Assembly (NCBI GenBank): GCA_964187785.1
Contig: OZ076409.1
Coordinates: forward strand, 9,736,001-9,800,000
Reading direction: 5' to 3'
Length of the DNA stretch: 64,000 bases
Source: Amphiscolops sp. MND2022
Lineage: Eukaryota
Shown: positions 1 through 13,127 of the stretch, piece by piece
Layout of the letters: each line of letters starts with the position of its first letter
Position numbering within the stretch: position 1 is the stretch's first letter
The notes under the pieces: model-generated
Seen by the model: only the letters and a program-made list of their open reading frames with translations
What the model was told of the DNA's origin: nothing
Database searches by the model: none
Translations under genes and position numbers: made by a program

Positions 1-255
1 AGGTGGTTGTTCGGTTCACAGATCATCATCACCGACGCTATTAGAAAATTAATTTCTCATAGGAAAAGCAAAGACAGCACGATCTTGTCCGACTTGCGAC
101 AGGCGCATCCGTCAGCAGCGCTAGAATTCAAGCTCCTATCTGTAGTCTGGAATCACCGTAATCACGTATAGAGGTTCATACCAGATGAAAAGATTAGGAA
201 GAAAGCGAATCAGAGAATAAGAAAGAAGCTCCGACAACTGAAAGTGTCTCAGTAG
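1..255 (+). pseudogene. C-terminal fragment of an SGNH-hydrolase-like ORF (possible extra ORF0 upstream of LINE ORF1)
   Basis: Frame 1 reads ...IIITDAIRKLISHRKSKDSTILSDLRQAHPSAALEFKLL...*, with one internal stop. KSKDSTIL...HP...LEFK resembles KSNDTTVLHPNKNLEFK in the SGNH-like ORFs at 22-25 kb. Truncated by the window start. Confidence 0.45.
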
Positions 256-333
256 GTTAGTGATCTGTATTTTTTCTTGGTCTTCGAAAACCTTAGTTGG
301 TTGGGAAACCTTGAGATTTTGAAGTGATTTGAC

Positions 334-1550
334 ATAAAGGGACCAAAAAACAGGAATCAGTCAGTCTCAGATGATTGTTGCCCCAAATGTAAAAGTATTG
401 TTGAGGAAACTGAAAAGAATTCAATATGTTGCAACGGATGTGAGTCATGGTGGCATGGATCCTGTGGGGGACTTGACGTAAAAGACATTGAAATACTTTC
501 AAAATATGCCTCTGTTCGTTGGTATTGCTCCAAATGCGAAGACAAGCATCTACAGGGTTGTTCTTCTAACGTCTGGAAATCCTTGAATGCCATAAATCAA
601 CAACAACAAAAAAGAGACTGATATTAGAAAAACGGAGATACAAACTATGGGATCCATGAAAAAGAACCTATTAACTATCAAACTCAAGCTTGACAACCCA
701 ACATCAACTCAGTCTTTCGAGAACTATGCGGATAAAGTAAAAACTAATCGAAACGAAACTCAAACGAAATGTACAACTGACATCAGAAGTGGAACAAGAC
801 AAAATCGTGATCCTGGCAACAAATTGCTCATCAAGACAAATCAAAAATTCCGAGTTAGTATCGAAATCAAAAAAACGTTTGCTTCCATTTATCCAAACAA
901 AAAATTACTATACGCTTTTACTACAGCACGTGGTAGTATACATTCTGAGTTTACAACACCAGAGGAGGCTGACTCTGTTTTGCAGGGATGGAGGGCTGAA
1001 TTTTTTGGCGCTGACTCGTCAGCTCGGAGAGCTAGTGACAGGAATGAACAGCACAGCGCTGTAATACGGGGAATTCCATTAGAAAAGTCCGACTCGGACA
1101 TGACTTCAGCTCTTACGGATAACTTTCCAGGTGTCAGAATCAGACGTTTTGTCAAAAGTGATGGAAAACCACTGCAAACTGTCAAACTGACGTTTCCTCA
1201 AAAGCCCAGTTTGACAAGGCAACAACCGACGGGTTTTTCATTGACCATTTGTACCATCAACCAGTCGAATTCATACAGCAAGGAATACGAATAATCCGCT
1301 GCTACCGATGTCAGAAGTTCGGACACGTCAGTTCCAATTGCCATTCGAAAGTGTCATGAAAACTTTGTTCCAGCGAGCACTCTATCGACAACTGCAGCGG
1401 TAGTTAGCCTGCCAGGTGTACCAATTGCAGCGGAAGCTACGAAGCTGATTCTCTTGACTGCCCAACTTATATTAAACAGGTGCAAAGAGTTCATGGGGCA
1501 CGACGTCTACAAGCACCGACTTTGAGAAACCGTGTGTCAAAAGAAGATGG
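334..1550 (+). pseudogene. LINE ORF1 (gag-like): PHD finger plus three CCHC-type knuckles
   Basis: PHD: CPKC...CNGC..WWHGSC...WYCSKC (~376-537; start codon appears mutated to ATA at 334). Knuckles RCYRCQKFGHVSSNC, *KLCSSEHSIDNC and CTNCSGSYEADSLDC (~1297-1460). Frameshifted. Confidence 0.85.
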
Positions 1551-4517
1551 CTAACCCTGGTTTCACCTTCTTGCAGATAAATATATGCGGCTTGAGTGAT
1601 CATAGTAAAAAAGCATTGAATCATTACTTACAACAAACCAAAGCTGATATCATTTTTCTTAATGAAAGCAAGACACAAATTAGCGCAAATCTATTCGACA
1701 GTTTCACAAAAATCAGTTTTATGGGTGGAAGTTCTTGGGGCGTCGCAGTTTTATTGAAAAATTACATCCCTTACTCAAGACTTAAACAACTCGAAGACAC
1801 CTCTGTTGATAATGTTGTTTTGACTGTTAGGCTGAGCGGAATTAAGTTAGTTGTGTCTACTGCATATGTCAGACCCGATGACTTCGAAGGATTGAGAAGT
1901 ACAATAAAAGTTATACAGAGTTGCAAAACGTCTGTTGACAAAAATTGCCTGAATGGAGCTCCTTTCTTTGGTGATCTCAATGCAAGACATACCTATTGGG
2001 GAGACAAATCGTGTAACTTGTTAGGTGAGGAACTAGTTCAAAGAGCTGACCACTTCAGCATTCTCAATGATGGTGAGCCTACGTTTTCGGCAGCAAATAG
2101 ATACAGTGTTATCGATCTCTGCATTTGTTATGACCTTTGTTTGATAGATGTTAACACTCTCTGTCTACGGATGAAATTGCTGAGCTGTTCATCGGTGCTC
2201 CACAGAGGGGTCATGTTCCTGTCATTATGAGATTGGAACGTAGTAGCATCACTGAGAAAACCAAGAAATTATGGATTGAAAAAGCTGATTGGGTAGGTTG
2301 GACTTCTTCTGTTGAGGGCCGAATAGATGATCTCATGGTTGTTGGGGACGACCCTGTTTTTCTTTTGAACGAGTTCAAGAATCTGCTGCACGAAGCTTCC
2401 TTTGGTCATATACCCCTCAAATGTGTTTCAAATCATAGCAAACCGCTTTGGAACCCAGACTTGACAGACGCAAGCAATGAACTCCAATTTTTACGCAAAA
2501 ACTCCAAGTACAAATCAAATTTTAAAAACGGACAAAAGCTAAAGGCAGCGAAGGAACGTTTCAAAATTCTACTCAACAAAAATGTAACTGAATGGATGGA
2601 AAACTATCTGTCATTGATTGGGCATAAAAGAAGAAGAGAATTTTGGACTTCTTACAAGGCCTTACTCAACACTAAACATGAAGAACTTAGTCTAATACGC
2701 AGTAAGGAAGGGAGACTCTTAATGCTCCTGAGGAAATTAGCGAAGAATTCGAAACCACGTTCTTCGGAGGAGAACATCTGAAAAAAACAAATTTTCAACG
2801 ATGCAACACAACTACAAGTAGAAGCCAAAAAAAAAAGAACTTGGTCTAATACGCAGTAAGGAAGGGAGACTCCTAATGCTCCTGAGGAAATTAGCGAAGA
2901 ATTCGAAACCACGTTCTTCGGAGGAGAACATCTGAAAAAAACAAATTTTCAACGATGCAACACAACTACAAGTAGAAGCCAAAATAAATCAACCACGTGA
3001 TTGTCCTGAACATGATATTGAAGTATTTCATGATGAAACTTTTTGCGATGAATTGGAGAATTCTATTTTGAATTCAAGCAACAACAAGTCTTTTGATATT
3101 GATGGTCTCCATTCGACAATGATAAAGACTTTGGGAATTAAAGCCCTCTTTTTTCTGCCGAATGTTTTCAATGCTTGCTGGGAGTATCAGTGTGGCCATG
3201 GACGGAGTCACGAGTCAGTCATATTCATACGCAAACCAAACAAAGAGAGATATGATGAATGCTCTTCATATCGACCACTCTCAATCTCCAGTCATGTCGG
3301 CAAAACGTTGGAAAGAATACTTGCAACTAGAATCAAATCACATCTCGATGTGAATGGACTGCTTGGTGACGAACAGGAGGGTTTCAGATCGAAAAGAAAC
3401 ACCACTCGATCCCTCTACAGACTACATCTCATGATGGAAAATGCCAAACGTTCACGTGCACCGACGGCTCTGCTTAACATTGACCTCGAAAAAGCTTTCG
3501 ATAACGTGTGGGTGGAGGGCCTTCTCTTTGAACTGTTGGAACACAATATTTCTGGCAAAATGTATCAGATATTGAAATTGTTCTTAAAAACCAGAGTTGC
3601 TTCAATTGAACTGAATGGATACCAATCGCCGAAGTTCCAGATTGACATTGGCGTTCCACAGGGAAGTGTGTTGTCACCCATACTCTTTATCGTCTTCCTT
3701 AACGACTTGTTCAGTGACCAAGCTCAAAAATTCAAGTTTGCAGACGCTAGTTCTTTCTTTGCCACTGGCATGGATCCGTCAGAATTATCTGCCATCCTTC
3801 GAAAAACTTGTTCTGACATCGAGAAGTGGTGTGCAGATTGGAGGATGTTAGTGAACGGAGGAAAAACTGAATTAATCCTTTACAATTGCGAAGAGAATGA
3901 CTTCGAACTCCCGTGTCTCAATGGTGATAAATGAGAAATCCCGGGATCATTCTACCAAAACTATCGAGAGAGCAAAGCGAAATTAGAACATAATCAAGTC
4001 GTTATGCAGTGGAAAATGGAGCCTTGCAGTTCCAACGCTAGTTCTGTTATACAAAACCACTATCTTACCCTCACTTTTTTATGCAGCACCAATTTGGCTT
4101 GAGAAAAACCTCAAATACGTCACAGCAGTACAAAACAATTTCACAAGGACATTTTTAAGACACGGATTTTCGCCGAATATCACCTCATGTCAAGTTCTGC
4201 TAGGAACGCCGCCTCTTGATCTTCTGAGTACAGTCATCAACGTCAAATTTCTCTTGAAGCTCAAACTAGAAGACGATTTACTACCTTGTACCCATGATGC
4301 ATCTTCATCTTTTCCGGACAGTGTTGCTAACCTCGGGAGTCATGTTACCAGATTCGGAAAGTTTTCGAGAATTCATAATTGTACGAGATATGAACAGCAA
4401 GATGTCAACCTTTTCATTAACTATCTTTGGAACCTCAGGTGGAAAAATAACGACAACAAGTCATTTCTGAAATGTTACACCAAACCCCCACCAAATTGTA
4501 ACACTATATCGTCTTTT
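1547..4517 (+). pseudogene. LINE ORF2 copy 1: APE endonuclease + reverse transcriptase
   Basis: APE motifs FLQINICG, IIFLNES, GDLNARH, VIDLCI. RT motifs YRPLSISS, QEGFR, IDLEKAFD, GVPQGSVLSPILF. Catalytic FADD reads FADA. Several frameshifts. Confidence 0.92.
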
Positions 4518-7365
4518 AGCAAGACACAAATTAGCGCAAATCTATTCGACAGTTTCACAAAAATCAGTTTTATGGGTGGAAGTTCTTGGGGCGTCGCAGT
4601 TTTATTGAAAAATTACATCGCTTACTCAAGACTTAAACAACTCGAAGACACCTCTGTTGATAATGTTGTTTTGACTGTTAGGCTGAGCGGAATTAAGTTA
4701 GTTGTGTCTACTGCATATGTCAGACCCGATGACTTCGAAGGATTGAGGAGTACAATAAAAGTTATACAGAGTTGCAAAACGTCTGTTGACAAAAATTGCC
4801 TGAATGGAGCTCCTTTCTTTGGTGATCTCAATGCAAGACATACCTATTGGGGAGACAAATCGTGTAACTTGTTAGGTGAGGAACTAGTTCAAAGAGCTGA
4901 CCACTTCAGCATTCTCAATGATGGTGAGCCTACGTTTTCGGCAGCAAATAGATACAGTGTTATCGATCTCTGCATTTGTTATGCCTCTGTTTGATAGATG
5001 TTAACACTCTCTGTCTACGGATGAAATTGCTGAGCTGTTCATCGGTGCTCCACAGAGGGGTCATGTTCCTGTTATTATGAGATTGGAACGTAGTAGCATC
5101 ACTGAGAAAACCAAGAAATTATGGATTGAAAAAGCTGATTGGGTAGGTTGGACTTCTTCTGTTGAGGGCCGAATAGATGATCTCATGGTTGTTGGGGACG
5201 ACCCTGTTTTTCTTTTGAACGAGTTCAAGAATCTGCTGCACGAAGCTTCCTTTGGTCATATACCCCTCAAATGTGTTTCAAATCATAGCAAACCGCTTTG
5301 GAACCCAGACTTGACAGACGCAAGCAATGAACTCCAATTTTTACGCAAAAACTCCAAGTACAAATCAAATTTTAAAAACGGACAAAAGCTAAAGGCAGCG
5401 AAGGAACGTTTCAAAATTCTACTCAACAAAAATGTAACTGAATGGATGGAAAACTATCTGTCATTGATTGGGCATAAAAGAAGAAGAGAATTTTGGACTT
5501 CTTACAAGGCCTTACTCAACACTAAACATGAAGAACTTGGTCTAATACGCAGTAAGGAAGGGAGACTCTTAATGCTCCTGAGGAAATTAGCGAAGAATTA
5601 GAAACCACGTTCTTCGGAGGAGAACATCTGAAAAAAAACAAATTTTCAACGATGCAACACAACTACAAGTAGAAGCCAAAAAAAGAACTTGGTCTAATAC
5701 GCAGTAAGGAAGGGAGACTCTTAATGCTCCTGAGGAAATTAGCGAAGAATTCGAAACCACGTTCTTCGGAGGAGAACATCTGAAAAAAACAAATTTTCAA
5801 CGATGCAACACAACTACAAGTAGAAGCCAAAATAAATCAACCACGTGATTGTCCTGAACATGATATTGAAGTATTTCATGATGAAACTTTTTGCGATGAA
5901 TTGGAGAATTCTATTTTGAATTCAAGCAACACCAAGTCTTTTGATATTGATGGTCTCCATTCGACAATGATAAAGACTTTGGGAATTAAAGCCCTCTTTT
6001 TTCTGCCGAATGTTTTCAATGCTTGCTGGGAGTATCAGTGTGGCCATGGACGGAGTCACGAGTCAGTCATATTCATACGCAAACCAAACAAAGAGAGATA
6101 TGATGAATGCTCTTCATATCGACCACTCTCAATCTCCAGTCATGTCGGCAAAACGTTGGAAAGAATACTTGCAACTAGAATCAAATCACATCTCGATGTG
6201 AATGGACTGCTTGGTGACGAACAGGAGGGTTTCAGATCGAAAAGAAACACCACTCGATCCCTCTACAGACTACATCTCATGCTGGAAAATGCCAAACGTT
6301 CACGTGCACCGACGTTTCTGCTTAACATTGACCTCGAAAAAGCTTTCGATAACGTGTGGGTGGAGGGCCTTCTCTTTGAACTGTTGGAACACAATATTTC
6401 TGGCAAAATGTATCAGATATTGAAATTGTTCCTAAAAACCAGAGTTGCTTCAATTGAACTGAATGGATACCAATCGCCGAAGTTCCAGATTGACATTGGC
6501 GTTCCACAGGGAAGTGTGTTGTCACCCATACTCTTTATCATCTTCCTAAACGACTTGTTCAGTGACCAAGCTCAAAAATTCAAGTTTGCAGACGCTAGTT
6601 CTTTCATTGCCACTGGCATGGATCCGTCAGAATTATCTGCCATCCTTCGAAAATCTTGTTCTGACATCGAGAAGTGGTGTGCAGATTGGAGGATGTTAGT
6701 GAACGGAGGAAAAACTGAATTAATCCTTTACAATTGCGAAGAGAATGACTTCGAACTCCCGTGTCTCAATGGTGATAAATGAGAAATCCCGGGATCATTC
6801 TACCAAAACTATCGAGAGAGCAAAGCGAAATTAGAACATAATCAAGTCGTTATGCAGTGGAAAATAGAGCCTTGCAGTTCCAACGCTAGTTCTGTTATAC
6901 AAAACCACTATCTTACCCTCACTTTTTTATGCAGCACCAATTTGGCTTGAGAAAAACCTCAAATACGTCACAGCAGTACAAAACAATTTCACAAGGACAT
7001 TTTTAAGACACGGATTTTCGCCGAATATCACCTCATGTCAAGTTCTGCTAGGAACGCCGCCTCTTGATCTTCTGAGTACAGTCATCAACGTCAAATTTCT
7101 CTTGAAGCTCAAACTAGAAGACGATTTACTACCTTGTACCCATGATGCATCTTCATCTTTTCCGGACAGTGTTGCTAACCTCGGGAGTCATGTTACCAGA
7201 TTCGGAAAGTTTTCGAGAATTCATAATTGTACGAGATATGAACAGCAAGATGTCAACCTTTTCATTAACTATCTTTGGAACCTCAGGTGGAAAAATAACG
7301 ACAACAAGTCATTTCTGAAATGTTACACCAAACCCCCACCAAATTGTAACACTATATCGTCTTTT
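1667..7365. repeat. Tandem duplication of ~2.85 kb (1667-4517 / 4518-7365)
   Basis: Junction ...atcgtctttt|agcaagacac... at 4517/4518. The copies differ by a few substitutions and homopolymer indels. Confidence 0.97.
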
Positions 7366-7525
7366 CAACCTTCAAAGGTATGAAGCTATCGAAATTTGTG
7401 AAATGCTGATCGGCAATTCTTTCGCTTTAGCCGATTACGCTTGGAAAAACTGGCAGACGGAATCCGATGTGTCATTGTGGCAAAAAAGAAGAGACTACAG
7501 AACGTTTCTTTCTGGCATGTGGCCT
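4518..7525 (+). pseudogene. LINE ORF2 copy 2 (tandem duplicate plus the 3' end of ORF2)
   Basis: Near-identical to 1667-4517 and shares its lesions (FADA, frameshifts). Continues past 7365 into the ORF2 C-terminus. Confidence 0.92.
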
Positions 7526-8089
7526 AGGGAGCAGGACGTTTCGACAAAGACGTTTCGGCAAAGACGTTTCGGCAAAAAAAATCTCGAGACGTTCGGCAAA
7601 TTTTTCATGCCGAAACGTCCCGTATTATCTTGGTTTTGGTTTTCTACAAACTGTAAAATTCTGGAATTGAAGAAAAAACGATAAGACCAATAATGTAGGA
7701 AAGATGCAAAGCATAAAACGTGCCTCGGATATGTCCCCATTTTCTCTAGTGCCCCGCGGCCCCTTGGGGCCGCCTTTATTCCCATCTTGCTAAGCGAGGT
7801 CGAACAGGAGCAAAGACCTAGCGGGAACGAAGATCGCGAATCGATCGTAGTGGGAGCTGGTCTTTGCGACGGTGAGGGCGAGCGTGCATACACCGCATAT
7901 GCCCCATATTATGATATTTCCGGGAGTTGACATATTTATTCCTTGAGTTGGAATGGAGTTGGCCTAATTTTGTGGTCACTTGGCTTAAAATTTTTAAGCC
8001 AAATGGTATTAAGCCAAGTGACTGGTAACCATACCAAGACATCAGACATGAAGACATTGACCCATTGAATCTCCTTGACCCTGAAGACT

Positions 8090-8522
8090 GCAATACCATT
8101 GTCGACTACATCTCACATCCAACGAAGTTAAAAGGAATCGTATAGCGCTCATCATTAAATCCTAACTTAACTTTATCCAACTCAATGCTGTCTTTGTACT
8201 ATTTATATACGATGAACACCCTCCCGCAAATTGGGGATATTAGAAAAAATATATAAATAAGTTAATGCGTTAAGTGTATAAGTTAAATTGTTTAAGTTAA
8301 TATGCACAGAGAAGATGTCACTTTTCCCACTCAGGTTGTGTTTCTTTGAGCGGAGCCTGAAATCCATAATCGCCAATTACTGGTTTCTTGTACATACTTC
8401 CTTGCAAAAAATTGCAACGAATAATTGGTTTCACAAAGTTTAGATCCCAATGTGATGGACTTTTTTTCAGAAATGACTAAGGGAGATGATAACTCAGCTT
8501 CGATCAACTGGCGGGCTGATCA
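8090..8522 (+). pseudogene. Duplicated GBE1 upstream region plus first ~16 codons (truncated copy of 13881-14313)
   Basis: 433-bp match to 13881-14313 (one substitution seen). Reads MTKGDDNSASINWRADQ and then switches to LTR-element sequence. Confidence 0.93.
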
Positions 8523-8787
8523 AAGTTTTGAATATAAAGCTAAGTGTCTAAAGTTGCTAATATTTTTCCCGTGCAAGAACCCGTTGTTGGTGTGGAATCC
8601 AAGGAAGCCTGCTAAGCTGGCAAAAACTCATGTTTTTGGGCAATAACGTGTTTTTGGGCAACGACTTCCATTTAGATTCCTGAAGTACCATGTTGCAACA
8701 GTATCACTGGATCATTGGATGGTGGCAACCAAGATGTGAACGTCCTCTCTCGTTTGTCGAGGACGACAAACTACGGCCCGGGGAGGA

Positions 8788-9540
8788 TGTAACGTCCGGC
8801 AGTCGGCGTTGCAGAAGTTTTTGAAAATTTCGATCAAAAATTCGAAATGTGCGACATCAAACAAGCACATTCAAGATGGCCGACCCGGCAGGTACAAAAA
8901 CCGTAGAGGAAGCAGAAAAAAGGCAAAACACGCCCAGAAAGACCCAACCCACCACCCAGGAACGAGAATGTCCGAGATGTCATCACCCAGAAGGCGTGAG
9001 AATCAGGAATTCGGCCATCTGACAGCAAAAAGACAGGGTTTTGGCAGAAAAGTGCCAAATGAGACCATTGTGCCCCGAAGATGAGGAATGATGCCAGAGG
9101 CAGGAAGCCGATGATCGCCACCGAACTGTAACTGTATACTTTATTGGGGCCTATCCCCACCTACTTTGACTGTTTATGGCGTATTTGGATAATGTTTGAC
9201 CTACTAGGGCCTCATTTTAGTCCTTATTCACCAATATAATGTATTTCAGCTAGACACCTTTTTGGACCTCGGAAGTATGTAGGAGATAGCAGGAACGCGC
9301 TAAAAACCTTAGGATTTGTTTTTACAGGCTTGTGGGGCGTGTCCGGACTTTGAGAGTGCCGGCACGTCGCCTCGGAGCTCTAACTAGAGGAGCCTCCTTA
9401 GACGTTAGAAAAGTCCCCCATGGAGACCATTTTGGGATCAAAAACTAGTGTTTAGGAGTGTAGTAAGACAACGGTCTCCTGTTTAAGCACCCTAGGCATT
9501 GTCCCTCTTCCTAGATGTGCGCCGCTAGCCGGACGTTACA
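8788..9540 (+). repeat. LTR 1 (753 bp)
   Basis: Begins TGTAACGTCCGGC and ends GCCGGACGTTACA (13-bp terminal inverted repeat, TG...CA). Confidence 0.93.
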
Positions 9541-12500
9541 TCTGGAATAGTTTTTATGGCGACCACAGAGGGATCATTTTCCTTACCGCGTCCTGCGAGG
9601 AGCAACTCCTGCTTTCCGGCCCTGAAAGCTTTTGGGAGAGTCCTAGATTGTTTTTATTGCTTTATTCTAGCCCTTTGGGCCTTGTATTAGTGCTTTTCCT
9701 GCGTTTCCTGCATGTTTCCGAGGTCCCTGGCCTGAAAAAGACAGTTTGAAACGGTGTACCCCCTTGTACCTTATCTGTACTCATTAAAAAAGCTATTCCG
9801 GCTTATCCGGAACGTGTTTTAACGGGTTTTCCAGCTTCTTTTCAGCTAATTAGCAATGTACAGGGACTGCGAGGACGGTTTGTGAAGACCCGAACTAGCT
9901 GAGTGCAGGACTGCAGGTGCTTCACGTCATAGCCTCTTCCTCCCCACCTGGTGCCGATTCACCGAAGATAGCTGGGTTATTTCGTTCCCTTTACGTTTTC
10001 TAGCCCAAAATTAGTATTCCCAGGCCTGTTTTTGCATAAATTAACTGTGAAGAATACCCACAGGGTATTAGCATCGGTTATTTTAAGGACTTGAGCTCGA
10101 AAACGCCAAAAATAACACTAATAACAGCTCAAATATCGAATTTTCCCGTTTTGAAAGCCAAAATTTTATAGAATTGTTTACGGCCTGTGGGAATACCTGA
10201 AAAACGTTCTGTCGGACCTACCAGGTCGAGAACAAAAAATTTTGTTGGGCTGTTTTTCAAGAAAACATGAAAATTTCAGCAATTTTTGTTCAAAAATAGG
10301 CAAAATTGGCCATTTTGACCAATTTTGACAAGGGCGAAGCCTTGGGCGTTCGCTCCCAAGCCTCTTAAAAAGCCCAAAAATTTTGTTGTTGTGCTTGGTA
10401 GTACGCAATACTACTACCAAGACGGTTTTTGACCACCCCCAATATAAATTGAAGTTTTAACATCACTTTTCTTTCATTAAAATAGACCTGAGTAGAGGAC
10501 CCCATAGACCTGAGAGCTATAACATTAAAAGTAATAATTGAAAGAATCCCACTCCCCTAAATAAAGTAGTTACACCTCCCTACTGTACTGTTAAAACCAT
10601 CTCGAACCTCTGGGAACCGAAGAATAAAAAGTTCCTAGGGAAAATACGTGTTTTTCATAGGTGTTCCCAGAGTGTCCAAGGTGTAACCTAAAATCAATTT
10701 TGAGAGACCTTATTTGGAACCTGCCAGGTTTCGCTCGCCTATTTCCTGTTAGTAGAGAGTACTAGATTACTAACGCCGAAAACCGCGAGTGATTCCAACC
10801 AGTGGTTGTTGAGAAATAGCCCAAAACGTGCTATTTTTGCGACATTATCGGAACATTGGAATAGCGTTTCAAAGAAAGGTCGAAATCTCTCCTAGCAGGA
10901 GTAGCCCGAAACGGATTGCACCATTGTGTAGACCGCAAAAAGTTACGTTAGTGGTGTAATTTTCGTAGCGCTACTGTTACTAGTAATCGAGAAATCTTAG
11001 CCGCAGTTTTGCTCAAAAAAGATCCGAAAATGTCGAAAAAATTGAATTTTAGTTGAGCATAGTACAATACCTCGAGGGTACCCCAGCACTAAAATTCTTG
11101 CATTTTCGTACACACGGCATTAGATCACAACGATTTGTGCAATTTGAGCAGCCGGCTACTAGCCAAAGCTGAGAAATTGACGTTTTTGTGAATTTTGACC
11201 CGAAAAAGCGGTACCCTTGGTACATCAAGGTTTTGTCACTTCAAATCGCCAGATATAGGTCAAGGCACCTCGCTGCTGAATTTTTCCGTCGTGCAGGCAT
11301 AAAGTACGCTCGCATGCGAAATTTCAGGTAGCTAGGACGCCTAGAAGGCGAGTTTGACCACTTTTTGTGAATTTCGCGACATAGTCAATTTTTCAGTGAA
11401 CATTGTTAAGTGGCCGTGACACCCACAGGATCAATTTTGACGCAATCGGAGGTTCATTCCCCACGATTCAACCAGTGTATTAGACGGTGTGAAATTTTCA
11501 AGTCGCTAGCAGCGCTACAAGTGATTTTCACCTTCCCCGGAGGTGCATGTTGACGAAAAAATTGTTGATTTTGGGCATTTTTGCAAAAAATCACATAGTT
11601 TTTGTCGGTGTACGTGCCAGTAAGGGCCAAGGCGACCCCATTAGCATACCAGGCCTCCTCAGGACGCCTCGTTGAATCACTTTGATTAGTGCTAAGCTGA
11701 CCCTAAGATGTCGGGTCTCTGAGAAAACCGATCTATGAGACATGGAGGTGAAAAACCGAAAATGGAAATTCGCCTCCCGGCTGCTATCAAAGTCACTTGA
11801 GTGCAATCTGTTCATTGAGATTACGCATACTCAGTGCCCCACGGGCCCTACGGGTGCTGGAGCGCGTTTATAGGCACTTTTAGAAGTTTAGACTTTGTAC
11901 GCAGTGCGTCTCAAAACAGGACAACAAGTGCAGTAGCGACTACCATAGTCGAAAAAGAGCGCTTTTTCTGATCGTGCTACGATCGTAAGGCAAGAAAGCA
12001 CTTCAAACTCAGTGTCCATTGTCCTACTCACCCCAAGGTCTACCGGTAGTCTCTAATCACATTTTTGTTACTACTTGTGCCCTCCAGAAGCAGGGCAGCA
12101 TGAGTGCCAAACGGACATTTCAGACAATCTAACATCTGTAGCCAAGCAGACTTCTCAAAAAATCAGTGTTCGCTGCTCAATTCATGCCTATGGCGTACTT
12201 TGGTGCTCGGTACCACAGTTGCGTGAACCATGTCGATGTGAAAACACCGGACCAGAGATTGGCCCGGGGAGTACCCGTACTCACCCGAGAGAAGTCAACA
12301 CCAAGCATGATGAAACACCTAGAGCTTCGAAGCTCTGAGAACTGCTTGGCCAGCGGCCGTGCTTTTAGAACCCGAATGATTGTTCTGGAACTTGTTTTTA
12401 ATGCTGAAGACTGTTTTCATGATCTATCATGCCTGATTTTTGACTTTTATTGGTTCTGCTCTATCATCGTTAGTGACATTGTCCCCTCTTGAGAAGTAGT

Positions 12501-13127
12501 TTGTTTCCATCTCTTGCATATACACTGGTGCTTGTACTGCCTAGACAATAACTTTAACTGAGCGTACACTGTGGACACAATAGATTGAATAGTTTCTCAT
12601 TTCTGGCGATATTTTTGCTTTTTTGAAGCCTGTTTCACCATTGGTGCTAGTTATTGTGCAGATTCTGTTGGCCATGAACTTTGCAAGACCACAGCTGTTA
12701 CTTTTATTTTTCGCTTTTCAAGTGCTATCGTGCATTTTATAAAACCTAACCTATCAGGCGGACCCCAGGTCAGTGCCAAACCTATTGTGATGAGTGCTTT
12801 TTATGCAGATGCAATAAGGTGCTAAAAATTTTGAAATTTTGGTGCGAAATTAAAAGTTTGAAATTGTTTTGAATATAAAGCTAAGTGTCTAAAGTTGCTA
12901 ATATTTTCCCGTGCAAGAACCCGTTGTTGGTGTGGAATCCAAGGAAGCCTGCTAAGCTGGCAAAAACTCATGTTTTTGGGCAATAACGTGTTTTTGGGCA
13001 ACGACTTCCATTTAGATTCCTGAAGTACCATGTTGCAACAGTATCACTGGATCATTGGATGGTGGCAACCAAGATGTGAACGTCCTCTCTCGTTTGTCGA
13101 GGACGACAAACTACGGCCCGGGGAGGA

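Larger units (their letters stand above)
334..7525 (+). mobile_element. Decayed non-LTR retrotransposon (LINE): ORF1 (PHD + zinc knuckles) and ORF2 (APE endonuclease + RT), internally duplicated
   Basis: ORF1 and ORF2 domains lie in canonical order with many frameshifts and stops. C-terminal CHCGKKEETTERFFLAC near 7470-7520 resembles the ORF2 terminal zinc finger with H>R. Confidence 0.92.

Noticed and set aside
4254..4994. Novel 246-aa protein
   Set aside because: Artefact of the tandem-duplication junction in the dead LINE.
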